Source: Dimorphilus gyrociliatus (taxonomy: Eukaryota > Animalia > Annelida). Taken from it: a stretch of DNA of 64,000 bases. The position numbers were made by a program, and so were the translations under genes. Location of the stretch: the NCBI GenBank assembly GCA_904063045.1, contig CAJFCJ010000002.1:4497645-4561644 (forward strand), written 5' to 3'. A model generated the notes under the pieces. It saw nothing but the letters and a program-made list of their open reading frames with translations, did no database searches and was not told where the DNA came from. Below are positions 51,274 through 64,000 of the stretch, in pieces; position 1 is the stretch's first letter, and the number at the start of each line of letters is the position of its first letter.

Positions 51274-51330
51274 CATTCCGAGATATAAAGACTGAAGGAA
51301 AATATCTAATAAATTAAAAAATCAAGCGAA

Positions 51331-52540
51331 ATGATCGCATTTTTTCAAAAAATTCTTGATTGGTTCCGGAGTTTGTTCTGGAAGGAGGAGATGGAGCTTA
51401 CACTTGTTGGTTTACAATATTCTGGAAAGACAACGTTTGTTAACGTCATAGCGGTTAGTTTTTCGCAGTATTTTTGTAAACAAACTTCATATTTCTGCTA
51501 TTTAGATCGCATGTTTCATAAGAATTAATTAAATATAAAAGATTATCAAACAATTTAAAACAAAGCTATTGTTAAAATTGATATTATTATTGAAAATCGT
51601 AAAGTGCCTTTTTTTCGTAATTTTCAGTCTGGTCAATTCAGTGAGGACATGATACCAACTGTAGGATTCAATATGAGAAAAATTACCAAAGGAAACGTTA
51701 CAATAAAGGTTAATTGATAATAGAACTTTTCGAATTTACTGTTAACTTTTGTTTTTTGTAACAGTTATGGGACATTGGTGGACAGCCAAGATTTAGGAGC
51801 ATGTGGGAAAGATATTGCAGAGGAGTAAACGCCATTGTGTATGTACTTGTTATCGAGATTAGATAATCTATTATATGCCATACATTTTGAGTTATGATCA
51901 CGTGAGATTATTTTTCTCATGATTACCTTATGCCTTAGTTTGTCATGTGATCGGTAGTTCGTTGAAAGCAGTTCTATGGGAACTTAATCCGCTACAAATA
52001 GCTCTTTCTTCTTAGTAGTCTTGAAACTGAACTGTACACTACACCTGTTTAATTTTTTTCGTTAATTTTTTTCCTAGCTATATGGTTGATTCAGCTGATC
52101 ACGAGAAAATGGACGCTTCCAGAAACGAATTGCATAGTTTACTAGACAAGCCGCAACTGGAAAATATTCCTGTTTTGGTTTTGGGTAATAAAAGAGATTT
52201 GCCTGGAGCTCTGGACGAAAAGCAGTTGATTGATCGATTGTAAGTAATTTTGGACATAGATTCACTTTTAAAAAATAAAATAATTTCATTTGTTTTGTTT
52301 TTATTTCAGGAATTTGTCAGCCATTCAAAATCGTGAAATCTGCTGTTATTCAATATCCTGTAAAGAGAAAGAAAATATCGGTTAGCAAATGTGTAATTTT
52401 AATGATGATTTTGTAATATACAATATATTTCAAAATCATCATTAAAATTATACTTTTTATATATCAATTAATTATTTTTTATTCTAGACATTACTCTGCA
52501 ATGGCTCATTCAACATTCAAAGTCTGGTGGCCATCATTGA
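51331..52540 (+). CDS. ARL8: ADP-ribosylation factor-like 8, lysosomal GTPase (6 exons)
   Basis: [79 protein letters not shown]. Confidence 0.97.
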
Positions 52541-54146
52541 AATATTGAACTTTTGGGACACTAGTCATGTAAGTTCGTATAATGTATTGTGCGAGGTTAA
52601 TATTTTACATTTTGTATGTTTGCCAGCATGAGTATAATGCTTTTATTACCTAATATAAGCTACAGTATCGTGGAAAGTCTTTGTTACACTAAAATTTATA
52701 TATTTTTGGTTTTTGCACACTTGAGGAAAAGAAAGGAAATTATGATTTATATCAAGCAATAGTCCTCTAACCATTCTTGGGAGAATAGAATTCTCTTTTT
52801 ATTTCCAAAATGAGACTTTTTAGAAAAAGGAGGCCTATTTCTAGTAAAGTGTAAGTAGTTGTTACAATCATAAAATGTCAACCAAAACTGGTTTAAGAAT
52901 ATGTTTTCATCTTATTTTAGCTAATAATTAATAGTATATGAAAAATTTTATAAATATAACAGAATGCTGATATAAATAAATGGACTATACACATTAAAAC
53001 AATCATAATTCTTGACTAACCTTGAGAGAAAAGTTTTTTTTCTCCCTAGAATGGTTAGCGACTACTACTTGAGACAAATCGTACTTTTCCTTTCTTTTCT
53101 TTAATAGTGCAAAAAAAATATAAATATTTTTAATGTAACAAAGACTTCCCGACGATATTGTATTATTTACTCCAAATAATCATACACGTTATCATTTAGA
53201 AAATATAATTCACATGCTCAACATGTATTTATTTATAATGTTAATAGATAAGAAAGTGTTCATAATTCTTTTTTTTCTCTTTTTTTGTAAAACTGTAGTT
53301 TTTATTTATGTATTGTATTTCATTGTATATTTCCGGCGTCTTTTTTGTAATAAAAGCTTTTCAGATTAAATTCATCCTAATAGGAAATTATACTTGAATT
53401 TGACATTCGGAACAGGCTACTTTCTTTCATTGGTAATTCTGACTGCAGCTTGGAGTAATAATCACTTAAGATATATCGTGATATTAAAAACTTTAAACCA
53501 CGTTCGATAAAGATTCTCCGCCCTCTATTTTAAATAAATAGCTCTTCTATTAATTTCACAAGTACTGAGTAGACGTTCTCTGATCAATTTGTCCAAATTA
53601 TTTCTTTCTCTTTGTATGTATTACATTATCTAATTAAATATAATCGAATTTGAATGATGTAATTAGTTCTGTAACATATTTTCTGAGGATAATCCCCAAG
53701 AAAACTGAAGGAACAGTGACGAGAAAATATTCTCAAACGCCACTCAATGGAATACTATTATCCTTAGGCAAATCTTACTTCGCACTAAAGTTTATGAATA
53801 GTTTCAGGCTGGTATTGATCAAAATATATCAGATAGGCACCAAGGGATAAAAAAAATATTTCACAATCAATATCCTCGTAGGTATGAATATATATATATA
53901 TAGTATTTACTTACACGCACCTACGCCTGAATTTAATTGACGACCTTCACCTTGGAATTTTTCGCTATGTGATTGACATCTGATTTTTCTTTCGATTTTT
54001 GTTTTGATTGTAGTGAAATATGACGTTTGATTGATATAGATAAATAGATTATTTTTTTGATTATATTATAAATAGCTTAGAAAAATGGTTTTTCAATTAT
54101 GTACTCTATTGAATTCGATACAATCTAAAAAGAAAAAGAGCGATAA

Positions 54147-56006
54147 ATGATGAGTGAAGAAAAAAACTATTTCTCACCAACGGAAATTATGCCAATCAAG
54201 TCACCTAAGGCATTATTTGAATGGAATGAGGAAGATTCTCAGCACAATTGTGCGCTAAAAAAACTAAAAACTTCCAAACAGGAGTTGATTTCAATAGTTT
54301 GTCATGATTACAAAGGCGGCTACTTGGAGGATAAATATTCTCACGGGACAAATGAATTTAACGAATGGCCACCCTACTCGTTAAATAGCTGGTGTCTCAT
54401 TGACATATTTATTTATTTTAGCCATAATTTGGTAACTATACCACCTCCAGGATGGATAAATGCCGCCCACAAAAATCAAACACTGATTCTAGGAACTTTT
54501 ATTGTTGAATGGGAAGATGGGAGAAAAATGCTAGATGAAATATTAAAAGATGACATAAATATAGAAAAAAGTGTCGATATGCTTGTTAAGCTATGCAATT
54601 ATTATGGATTTGATGGATGGCTAATTAATATCGAGTCTAAAGTTCAAGTAAGTTATCTATTTATAAAATTATCGAAAGTGCTGTTGATACCTTTTTATTA
54701 ACAAAGTTCATTGACTTTTCAATTTCTTCACAGGAAGATACTGTAGTTAAGCTACAAACTTTCCTAAAAATGCTAACTCAGAAGATGCATATTTCAAAGA
54801 CATTTTCAAAGATTATTTGGTACGATAGTATTATATCAAATGGCAATTTAGAATGGCAGAATGAACTAAATGATCTCAACAATTGTTTCTTAAAATACTC
54901 TGATGCGATATTCTTAAATTACACATGGACGGAAGCGAATCTCAATAATTCAATGAAGGACAACAAGAAAGTCTTTGTAGGTATAGACGTATTTGGTAGA
55001 GGATGCAATAGTTGTCATGGTGAAGGAGGATTCAATACAATTCAGGCAGTAAAACAAGCGAGAAGTAGAAATTTAGGATGTGCCATATTTGCTCCTGGTT
55101 GGACTTTGGAAACTCTGGGAGGCGAGAAGTTTGATTATAATAATGACCGGTTCTGGTCTTTATTAGAAAATGATTTAAATAAAAATATAGAAGTTGAAAT
55201 TCCTTTCTATACAAATTTTTGCAAAGGTTATGGTAAAAAATGGTATGTAAACGGTAAGCTAGAACAGGAAAAGAAATTTTTTAATTTATCTCTACAATCG
55301 CCCCAACCATATGAATATACCAATTTAACGGATGGGACAATTTTCTGCGGCAGTAATTCATTCAGAGTTACCAACTGCCACGATCTGTTTGATATTAATA
55401 CAGAATTAACATCTGCACAAGTATTCGTTTTGGAGTTTGCTTTTGTCGAGCAAATAGAATTAAAATTGTACGAAAAAGACAATAGAACAAGAGAAATCGA
55501 AACTTTTAAGAAATCTTCTTCCGAAGAGGAGTGTCAATATGACAGACGTTGGAAAATAAAGTAATTTAATCTTTATTATTATTATAGTAATTTTTTAAAA
55601 CGAAATGTGTTTTCTGTGTTTTTTTAGGAGAATTGAATTTCAAACAAAATCTAATCATCAAAAATTAATATTGGTATGCAGTGGCAGTGGTTTCCTTGGA
55701 TATATTCATTTCTATGAAAAATCTAAACATATCAAAAATACAATAGAAGTTATAGAAAGATGTAAAAATTGGACATCATTTGGAGGGCATTATATTTTCA
55801 ATGGAAATTTTAATTGTACAACTCTAAATGATCTTAGTCATTTTAATATTTATATCAGAAATGATAAAGAATCCGAATGGAAATATAATACTTCATTTTA
55901 TGGAAGTTCATTTGAAATAACCCAATTAAAATTGGACAAAAAGCAATTTTATCTTAAAATTTCTAGTATACCTGGAAATTATTCTACTGAAATTTACATT
56001 GAATGA
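54147..56006 (+). CDS. ENGASE: Cytosolic endo-beta-N-acetylglucosaminidase (GH85), 3 exons
   Basis: VCHDYKGGYLED, IFIYFSH.LVTIPP.GWINAAH, catalytic FDGWLINIE, IWYDSI...L.WQNELN, IFLNY.W, GIDVFGRG, FAPGW; introns 54648-54733 and 55561-55627. Confidence 0.94.
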
Positions 56007-57058
56007 TATGAACTATTGCTTTACTTCAATAAACTAGTAAAATGAAAAATTGTCTTCACACTTACAGTGGTGAATACAACAAATGATTGAAAGACAAGAG
56101 AGAGGGCTTTCATTAAATTTTATATTAAATATCGTAAACTTTTCTTGGTTGTAGATAAAGGTTCTTTTGATCAGCTGTTCCTTTATTTGAACATGTAATA
56201 TGACAGGTTCAACCGCCTGTTAACAAATTATTTGGTGAAATTATTTATGCCGGGTTCGATGCCACTTAGCCAGATATAACTGCAGTTCTATGTATAGATA
56301 TATTTATCACCTAACACAGCTTATCGAAAAGCGTACTACCCGCTTATTTACTGCAGGATCTACCATATCTTTATACTTGCAGGTGGGAATACTTCGTCTT
56401 TGCCTTTATTAGCTGTTACAATAGTTTAGTATACTTGTATGCGTATAGCTTATCCAGCAGAACTTCATATGTATTATGATTCATGTTTATAATTATAATT
56501 TATTAATTTTCCTCAGTAACAATAGCATTTATTATTCTTTTTCTGCCTGCAAGTTTGACAGCATTTTATGAAATTTAGTTGAAAAATTCTGTGGAGTCCA
56601 ACTGTGGATTTATTAATTAAGTTAAATAATATGATCAATGTTTTGCCATATCTTGTTAGATATAACAAAAAACGTTATGTAGAGCACAATTTATTGATAA
56701 AGTTAATGAAACATAGAATAGAAACATACAACATTACAAGGCCTTCTCTTCAAAATTTGATTGTTTTTGTAAGTGTCATAAATAATTTAAAAAGAGTAAA
56801 TATGATACTTTGCTGTACGTCCTTTCATACGTAGTTTATATTGATTTACTTTTTTGTGAAAATACAGTGTATATACAATATATACTATATAAATCACAAG
56901 TACATGTAAAACGTCAAACACTCTTCATTTTTAATATTCTCAAAAATCTATATTTCCTCGAATACGAAGAGAAGGTAGTTAATTTTAATCTCTATCTCTT
57001 CAATGTACTTATTATATTCCTTCTACTAATTTCAATCTTCAACAAGAAGTATATACTG

Positions 57059-57085
57059 TATATATATATATATATATATATATAT
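57059..57085. repeat. (TA)n microsatellite
   Basis: Uninterrupted TA run. Confidence 0.9.
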
Positions 57086-58166
57086 CTAAATTAGTTATAT
57101 CATATGAATAGATATTGCAACAGAAGAAAAGTACTACTATTGATGTAATTAGGCGCTTTATTGCTAAGTTTCCGTTTTGACTTTCAGACTATTATATTAA
57201 TTAAAAAAATAACAGGGTATTTTTTTGTTTTAGCTCTTTGACAAAGTTTCAGCTATATTTACGTGTTTTTTTTTCGTTTCATTTACTTTATGCCAACAAT
57301 CACATAATGAGAGGAAAAGTTATTATGGAATATTATACAACTTATTTTAAATATACAAAATGACATTATAAAGAAGAAAAAACATACGTTATACCCATTG
57401 TTTTCGTACATTGAATGGAACTTTGATAATAAAATTATTATTTGTTGTTATTCTCCACTATTATTCCAGTATAATATTAAACTATATACAAACTTGTATG
57501 TGTCTTAACTGTTTTACTATTGTAATATATATCGTCTTTAATTTAATTTTTTACAGCCAATCACCATATCTTAAAAGTGTATTTAAAAATGCAGATCGTT
57601 ATTTTCTGTATTTGTAATTTGATTATAGGAGATGATAACTGTTTCTTTTGGTCTAATGTAACTTTGTTTTCATTTAAGCGATCAACCAGTAGCGCTGGAG
57701 AACATGATATGGCTTAAGAAGAAAGGAAATTCTTTGTAGAAATTAACCAAGATTTTATTCTAAATTAATTAAAGTAGTGTATAAATTTCCAGTAGAATAT
57801 CGTGTATATAATTTATTATAAAATGATAAACGTTTTAACGTTCCAGCGATTTGTTTACCTAGGTATTTTTTACCAAGGTTAAACACTCATTTTCGCATTT
57901 TCCGCCCAAATATTTCCCACTAGATGGTGCTGATTGTCATGACGAAATTTCCTCTTCCGTCATTTAACCACCTATTGGTATAAAATTTGAACTTCTTTGT
58001 TTGATTTTACAGTTTTATTGGCGTTTCAAACATCTATTCCAAGGTAATAAGTTATAAATTTAAATATTAGATCTATTTATTCATTTAAATTTACTCTATA
58101 CAGCTGGACTTTACAGCACGCGACGAGAGATTTTTAATTTAACCGTTAAGATTGTTTGTGTTTACA

Positions 58167-60139
58167 ATGAATCCCAATTACTCGTTTATCAGGTAATTAA
58201 TTTTTGAATCTCTTCATTTTATAAACTTCTATAAGTAAACTATTGCATTGAGTGAATGATCGCTTAGTTTGTTTATGATTTGTTTAATTTATATTCCATA
58301 TCTTGAATAATGTGCCAGTCGTCACAAAGTAGATTGAGGCGTATTTGTTATTTTTATTTTGACTTTTCTACTAACAAATTGATAAAGAGAGAAGATTCTT
58401 GATATTAATCCCCATAGACTAATTATCTAATGAAAAGATATTTAAAACCTTATTAAATTCTCATCATCCCACAGTAACGCCTCTATGGAATCGTCGATAC
58501 TCGATGAAACCGATATTTTTTTCGGGCCGGTTACCGAGAAAGAAAAAAACTTTCGAAGAAAATTCGAAGATAAAGAGCAAAAATTGCAAGACAGAAGAAA
58601 AGAGAGAGACCCTAAGGATGACGTCTATTTTGAAAGACGACGAGTACCCTTGAAAGATTCACAAAAGCCTAATATGAATGAGAGTTTAGAATTCAGCCTC
58701 ATTGAAGCATTCGGTGACAAGTCAATTTCTGATGTTGAACGAACATACGAATCTCGTAGATATTCACCCTCGAACGCTCTTAACGATGCACTTGATAGTT
58801 CTGCTCTAGAGAATCTTCTCAATAATTCTCAACACGACAATAATCACAAATTCACAAGTATGGATGATAGCTTTATAGATAGTCGGCGTCCAGTATCACC
58901 ATTTCTTTTTCGAAACAGTGGTAGAGGACGATTTAGGTAAGAACTTATTACAATTGTAACAAAATCTATAATATTACGGTAATATAAGATTTGTTAGCGG
59001 TTACGTGATATTCGCTAATGTTAAACTAGGCTTACTATAATGGTAATGTGCATTCACCTCACTTTAACTATGGAGTTCAACGAGAAACAATTTTGTTTTT
59101 ATAGGTCACGTGCCATGGTTCAGTTAGATTTTGAAGAAGACAAGGAAAACGATAAACCGAGTCCTGTAAAATTGAAGGTGGCATCTTGTCAAGATTTGAA
59201 TCGTCTAGGAAATATCGTTAAACCAATTCCTATTAAAGCTTCAACGCAATCCGTTGAAAATCTAAGGAAATTCGAGGAGTTATCTTCCGCATTCAAACCG
59301 ATATCTAGATCCGAAACAAACTTGACTCCTAAGAAAGAAAGTAAGTTTGTTGACCTAAGAAATGAAATTGTAAAGCAAAGAAGTTGGAACACGAACGGTT
59401 CGTTATTTGTATTATAAAGTTAACTAATCGTTCTTACTAGCCAAGTTAATCAACAGATGTTTACAAAGAGAATCGTTTGTTCTTCGACATGAACTTTATT
59501 GAGGATCAGTATACGTACAGGGTAATTTATTTTATTGGAATACTGTGATATCTACTTTATTATGAATTCGTTTCATTTACTGTAACAGCAAGAAATGAAA
59601 GAGAGAGCCGAGAAAGACATGAGCCATTTGGATTTATCTATCGGACCAACTAATGTACGTTTTAACTTTAAACTGAAAATTTACTTTCTAATCCGTTCTA
59701 GTATAAATTTAAATTACACTAAACATTTCCTTAGGGCATTCCGTCTCCTATATTGAAAAATAGACCTTATCAAAGGATTCAAGTGGTAACACGTGTGACG
59801 CAATTAAATGCAGCTCAGAGCACAAAGTATGGCCTCAGTCCAGCAATGAAAGCTGATGAAAGGGTAACAGTTAGAGCTGCCAGAAGAAAAATGGTACCCC
59901 ATATGAATCAGATGAATACTCCTACGAAAGCGTCCATCAGAAAATTTGCTCCAATGTCCGAGCCAAAGAAGAAAGCCGATGGCGTTGGTCACCGATTCGC
60001 AACTCCACAAACAAAGAGAACTTGCGTAATGGGATCCGGAGCAAACCGGTCTTCCAAGTGTCGTATACCAATCAGAAAAACAGATTCTTCAACTAAAGAC
60101 AAAGAATCGAAGAAGATAAGACAACCTATTTGGAGATAA
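58167..60139 (+). CDS. Uncharacterised, probably disordered protein with KEN boxes and S/T-P sites (6 exons)
   Basis: In-frame splicing from ATG 58167 through exons starting at 58475, 59105, 59457, 59589 and about 59735. Motifs DIFFGPVTEKE, DKENDKPSP, YKENRL, LTPKK, NTPTK. Confidence 0.7.
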
Positions 60140-60490
60140 ATTGTAACAAATTTATCTCTCATAGAAACCATTTTCACTGGTATATTTAAAACGAAGTAAC
60201 TTACGTAGAAAGAAATTAAAGAGAAAATTTAATTTTAGTCAGTCTGGTGAGACATTTGCTATGGCCGATTAGTCAATAAAAGTTTTTTATATGTTTTTTT
60301 TTTATACTATTCGTCTATTAAACATGCTTTTTTCATTATATAAATTTTTTTAATTTTTCATCGATTTTCTTATAAAAACAAAGTAATTTATTTACATTAA
60401 TATAAGTTTTTTCTTTCTTTTTTTTTTTAAAAAAACAAACAAAACAGAATAGTAATATGTATTTTACTTTATATTTTTTAAAAAATAGTC

Positions 60491-63400
60491 ATGATACAAT
60501 TTAAATATTTCCTGTAAATAAATAGTAGATAGCACAATCTATCTTAATATCTCCCTTTTCTAGGATAATGACTAGCTCTAGTGAATTAACATCAACTGTT
60601 CTATCTTCCAATGCAACTACGACTTTTCGTACAACAACATCAGAGAATACCACCAACCTCCAATCAGCTGTTTCTAGCGATGGTACCAATAATTCAGAAA
60701 TTAGTTATACGGAAACAACTCAAATGACACGTAAACCGTCTGTTACATTTTCTGATTATTATCCAGCTCCTCCTCTAAGATCTGCTGAAAGTAGATTAAA
60801 ATGGTCGAAAAGGCCGAATCACTGGAGAAAATGTATTATTTTAGGAATTATAGCATTTTTTTTAATTGGAATATCCCTATTACTTTATAAAATCTCAACA
60901 AACAATGACGAAATGACTAAATTTATGGATCGAGGTCAATTGCCAAGTAATAATAAGACAAACGTAATTTTAAAAATAGACAATCCTCCAGTTACAGAGC
61001 AATATAACTTGTATAATAATTCACATGAATATTCGTATAAAAACATTATAGTACAGACAATTGATCCGTGTTTGAATAATAAAGATGTTAATATTAACAA
61101 TTTCAAACAAAATCATAAAATAAAAATCCTTGTTAATTGTAATATAAAGCTAGTAACTTTTGATCAAAAAAATCAAATTAAAATTTTGGGTTTACAATTA
61201 AAAGGTCAAGGTAAAAATTCTACAAATATTGATATTGGAACATTTGTAAAAAATATAATAAAAAGCAGTAATTATGTAAATGAGGTAAGTTTATAATGTT
61301 TAACTAATTTCAATATAAATTCTTTTTTATATTGCAGCTAATCATTGAAAATTTAAGATTATCTTCATTCGATTTTTCATTATTATTCAATTGGAACCAT
61401 GATAGAAAGACAAAACTAAAGTTAATATTTAGAAACTGCAAAATAGACCGTTTAATTTCTAATAAATTAAATAAAACCAATACTAAATTAATGAATATTG
61501 AAGAATTATCTATCGTTAATTGTCAAATAGATAATGAAATAATTAAAAATCTACTAATTAATATGCAAATAAACAGATTTAATTTTCTTGGAAATTCAAT
61601 TCATAAAATTGATTTTAACTTTATGAAAAATGTTGATATTCAACATTTCAATTTAGAAATTGATAAGATTATTGAATTTAATAGAATTTCTATGTTTAAT
61701 ATAACGGCAAAAGTTTTATCTTTGAAATTCTCATTAAAAACTCCTTTTAATGTGACAAAGAATACTCTAGAAAATTTCGCCTTAAGTCATAGAATGAAAA
61801 AATACTTAAAAGACTTAAAGCTAATTAATATTCATACCAAAGATTTAACAATAAAATATTTTAATGATTATGTTGCCTTGGTAACAATTTATTTAGAGAA
61901 TATAAGAATATTTACAATATCTGAGAATACATTTGCTAGTAAACAATTAAGAAAAATTGTTATTAGAAATTGTCCTATAAAAATTATCTCTATAAAGTTA
62001 TTCATTAATAATAAAGATTTGGACGTTGTAACTAATGACTACAGGTGAGAAATTCGTTTTCTCTTTTCATATCTTCTTGGCAAACTTATATGTAGACCAA
62101 ATACGTCTTAATAGATCATTCATTCCTGTAATAATCTGATAGATGCAACGAAGGGTATGGCTGCTATTCACAGAATTTAATTTCCAACAAAAAAATTCAA
62201 AGAAAATGCGATAAAGATCATTTGCAAATATTTATTCACGAATCTTGTAAATTAGACTGTCGATCCAGTTGTTTATCGAACGAGGTCCTTCTTGCGTCAA
62301 ACGACCCTACAAAAGCCGTTTTAGATAGGAAAAGTACCTGGTACGAAACGAGAAAGAACTCCTGCTTTCAGGAAGATTTTATTACGTGTTTAGATAAGGA
62401 TTTTGAAGGCGAAACTCGCAATCTTTCGCCAATTCTAACTTTTAAGGAGACTGATGAAATAGATAACTGTAAAATTGTTAAAATTGATACTGATTTATGG
62501 AAAGAGAATGAACTTATTAGATTAGATTACATAGATTGCAGTCGTCTTATTATAATTGGTAGTAAAAGATTAAAAAATTCAAATTTTAAAGAAATTCGTT
62601 TAAGTTTTAAAGGAAGACCTTCAATGACTTTTAAAGAAATATTTTCAAGAGTAGCATTTAAGAGGGTGTGTTCTTATCCCGTTCTTAAAGTTGCCTCTCT
62701 TTACTCTACTGTATCCATTAAAACTCAAGTAAATTAGGATTTTATAACGTATAAGAATACACCCTTTAAAGGTTATAATTAACAACATGGATATTGATGT
62801 TTTAGATTTTGATTGGTTTAAAGATTGGATTTTCTCTCGAATTTCTAAAAGGTCTTTAATACTAAACAACTGTAATATTCACCATATAAAAGATAGGCTA
62901 AATAATTTTCTGTGGCACAACGTAGAATTTAAAAGATGCTCATTTAAAGATTCTATTATCACTCTACCAAAAAGCGTCATTCAGCTTGTTTACACAGATA
63001 TTTCAAATAAAAAACCCATTAAAATTTATGAAAATTCTATTGGGCGACGAACTGAATTATTAAGAATTAGCGGTGAAAAAAATCAGTTAGACTTTATTGA
63101 AAGAGACGCTTTTAAGAACGCCCAGAGCTTGACGGATTTATTTTTAAACTTGAAAGTTTCAAAAGTGAAAGTTAGTCGCTATTTAAAGAATATAACCTAT
63201 TGGACAAGTACATTTCTCTTAAATTTAACAATCCGTGTAGACTACTTAGGAGATACTGAAGCTAAATCGCTAATTGAATACAGAAAATTGAAACTAATTA
63301 ACTTGATCAATAGCGATATTGTTATTGTTAATAGTTCATGGGTACCAAGGATAGACGCTTTATCCATCGTATTTACAAATAAATGGCCTAGAATTATTCA

Positions 63401-63869
63401 TCTTGCAATATTTGAAAAGCGGCAAAGTTTACGAATAGAAGCTTTCAAGGGAATAAACGATAAAGAATTTAGAATAAGTGTTAGAGAAAAATATACGGAA
63501 AGAGATGATAAATCTCAAGCTTTAGCTGAATTAGCAGGTATAAACTCTAAAGGGAAAGCTTGCCAATTGAAATGCTCCTCTGAATTTGGAAACAGTAGAT
63601 CGATTTTCATTTCAAATTTAACAAACACTGTTCAAAAGTATTATAAAAGCGCTGAGGTTCAGTGCAAAACCCACAGATTTATTGGTTGCCAATATAAGAT
63701 TGGGAACTTGAGTATAACAACACCAATATTAACCTACGATGTACTTAGCTTAAATCGATTAATAGACACAACAATTGGTCTTTCTCCAGTAAAAAATTCT
63801 GCTTTTAAGGATAATTATTTATTAATTATTTTAATATCTTTTATATCAGATACTTTGTTATATAGTTAA
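60491..63869 (+). CDS. Large LRR-like membrane protein of about 1040 aa
   Basis: Exons 60491-60513 (tentative), 60564-61284, 61338-62044, 62143-62728 and 62772-63869 join in frame. One TM (CIILGIIAFFLIGISLLLY); repeats such as IEELSIVNCQI, INRFNFLGNSIHKIDFNF, LRKIVIRNCPI, NQLDFIERDAFKNAQSL; Cys-rich spacers; hydrophobic C-terminus. Confidence 0.72.
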
Positions 63870-64000
63870 AGTAATACGTACAGTATATGCATGCATAATA
63901 CTTATGTGACTATCGAATATGATAATAGTGTACTTATTGGGTAATACTTAATTATTTACAGTTAATTATCTTGAATCAATTGTAATTTTCTTCGAAATTA

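Noticed and set aside
53380-53990. Minus-strand fragments with GTAAGT/GTAAGA donors and an FQGEGRQL (SHP-box-like) peptide between ARL8 and ENGase
   Set aside because: No start codon in frame, and every tested junction hits a stop.
56200-56275. tRNA T-loop-like strings GGTTCAACC and GGTTCGATGCC
   Set aside because: No T-stem plus acceptor stem, D-arm or anticodon arm can be built; not a tRNA or a recognisable SINE.
56160-56610. Slightly GC-richer stretch downstream of ENGase with splice-like signals on the minus strand
   Set aside because: No consistent open spliced frame on either strand and no match to conserved miRNAs I remember.

Overview
A gene-dense, AT-rich eukaryotic window with about 22 protein-coding genes and very short GT-AG introns (many 41-70 nt). 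The gene content is metazoan and the genome compact; an annelid/lophotrochozoan with a miniaturised genome such as Dimorphilus is my inference, not something the sequence proves. Left to right: a myristoylation-motif cupredoxin-repeat/FN3 protein (partial), an SH2 protein, ABRA, an intronless multi-C2H2 protein, CTNS, two tandem CRYZ genes, VPS52 head-to-head with RPS18, METTL13, an SRSF7-like SR protein, an orphan type I membrane protein, a modular trypsin-fold protease, MFSD13A, a SUR-like ABCC, two orphan class A GPCRs, ARF4/5 head-to-head with ARL8, ENGase, a KEN-box protein and a large LRR-like membrane protein. I spliced the exon structures by hand. I found no tRNA, rRNA, transposon or CRISPR. 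Best leads: (1) a protease with Lys at S1 position 189 and an acidic DE|LVQG activation site, a candidate self-activating Glu/Asp-specific protease; (2) a chain of stop-containing cassette exons in the SR gene at the position of the SRSF7 poison exon; (3) the VPS52/RPS18 head-to-head pair also seen in the mammalian extended MHC; (4) clustered MiT/TFE (CLEAR/M-box) motifs at ARL8; (5) two large proteins with unusual architectures. All family assignments come from remembered motifs, not database searches.
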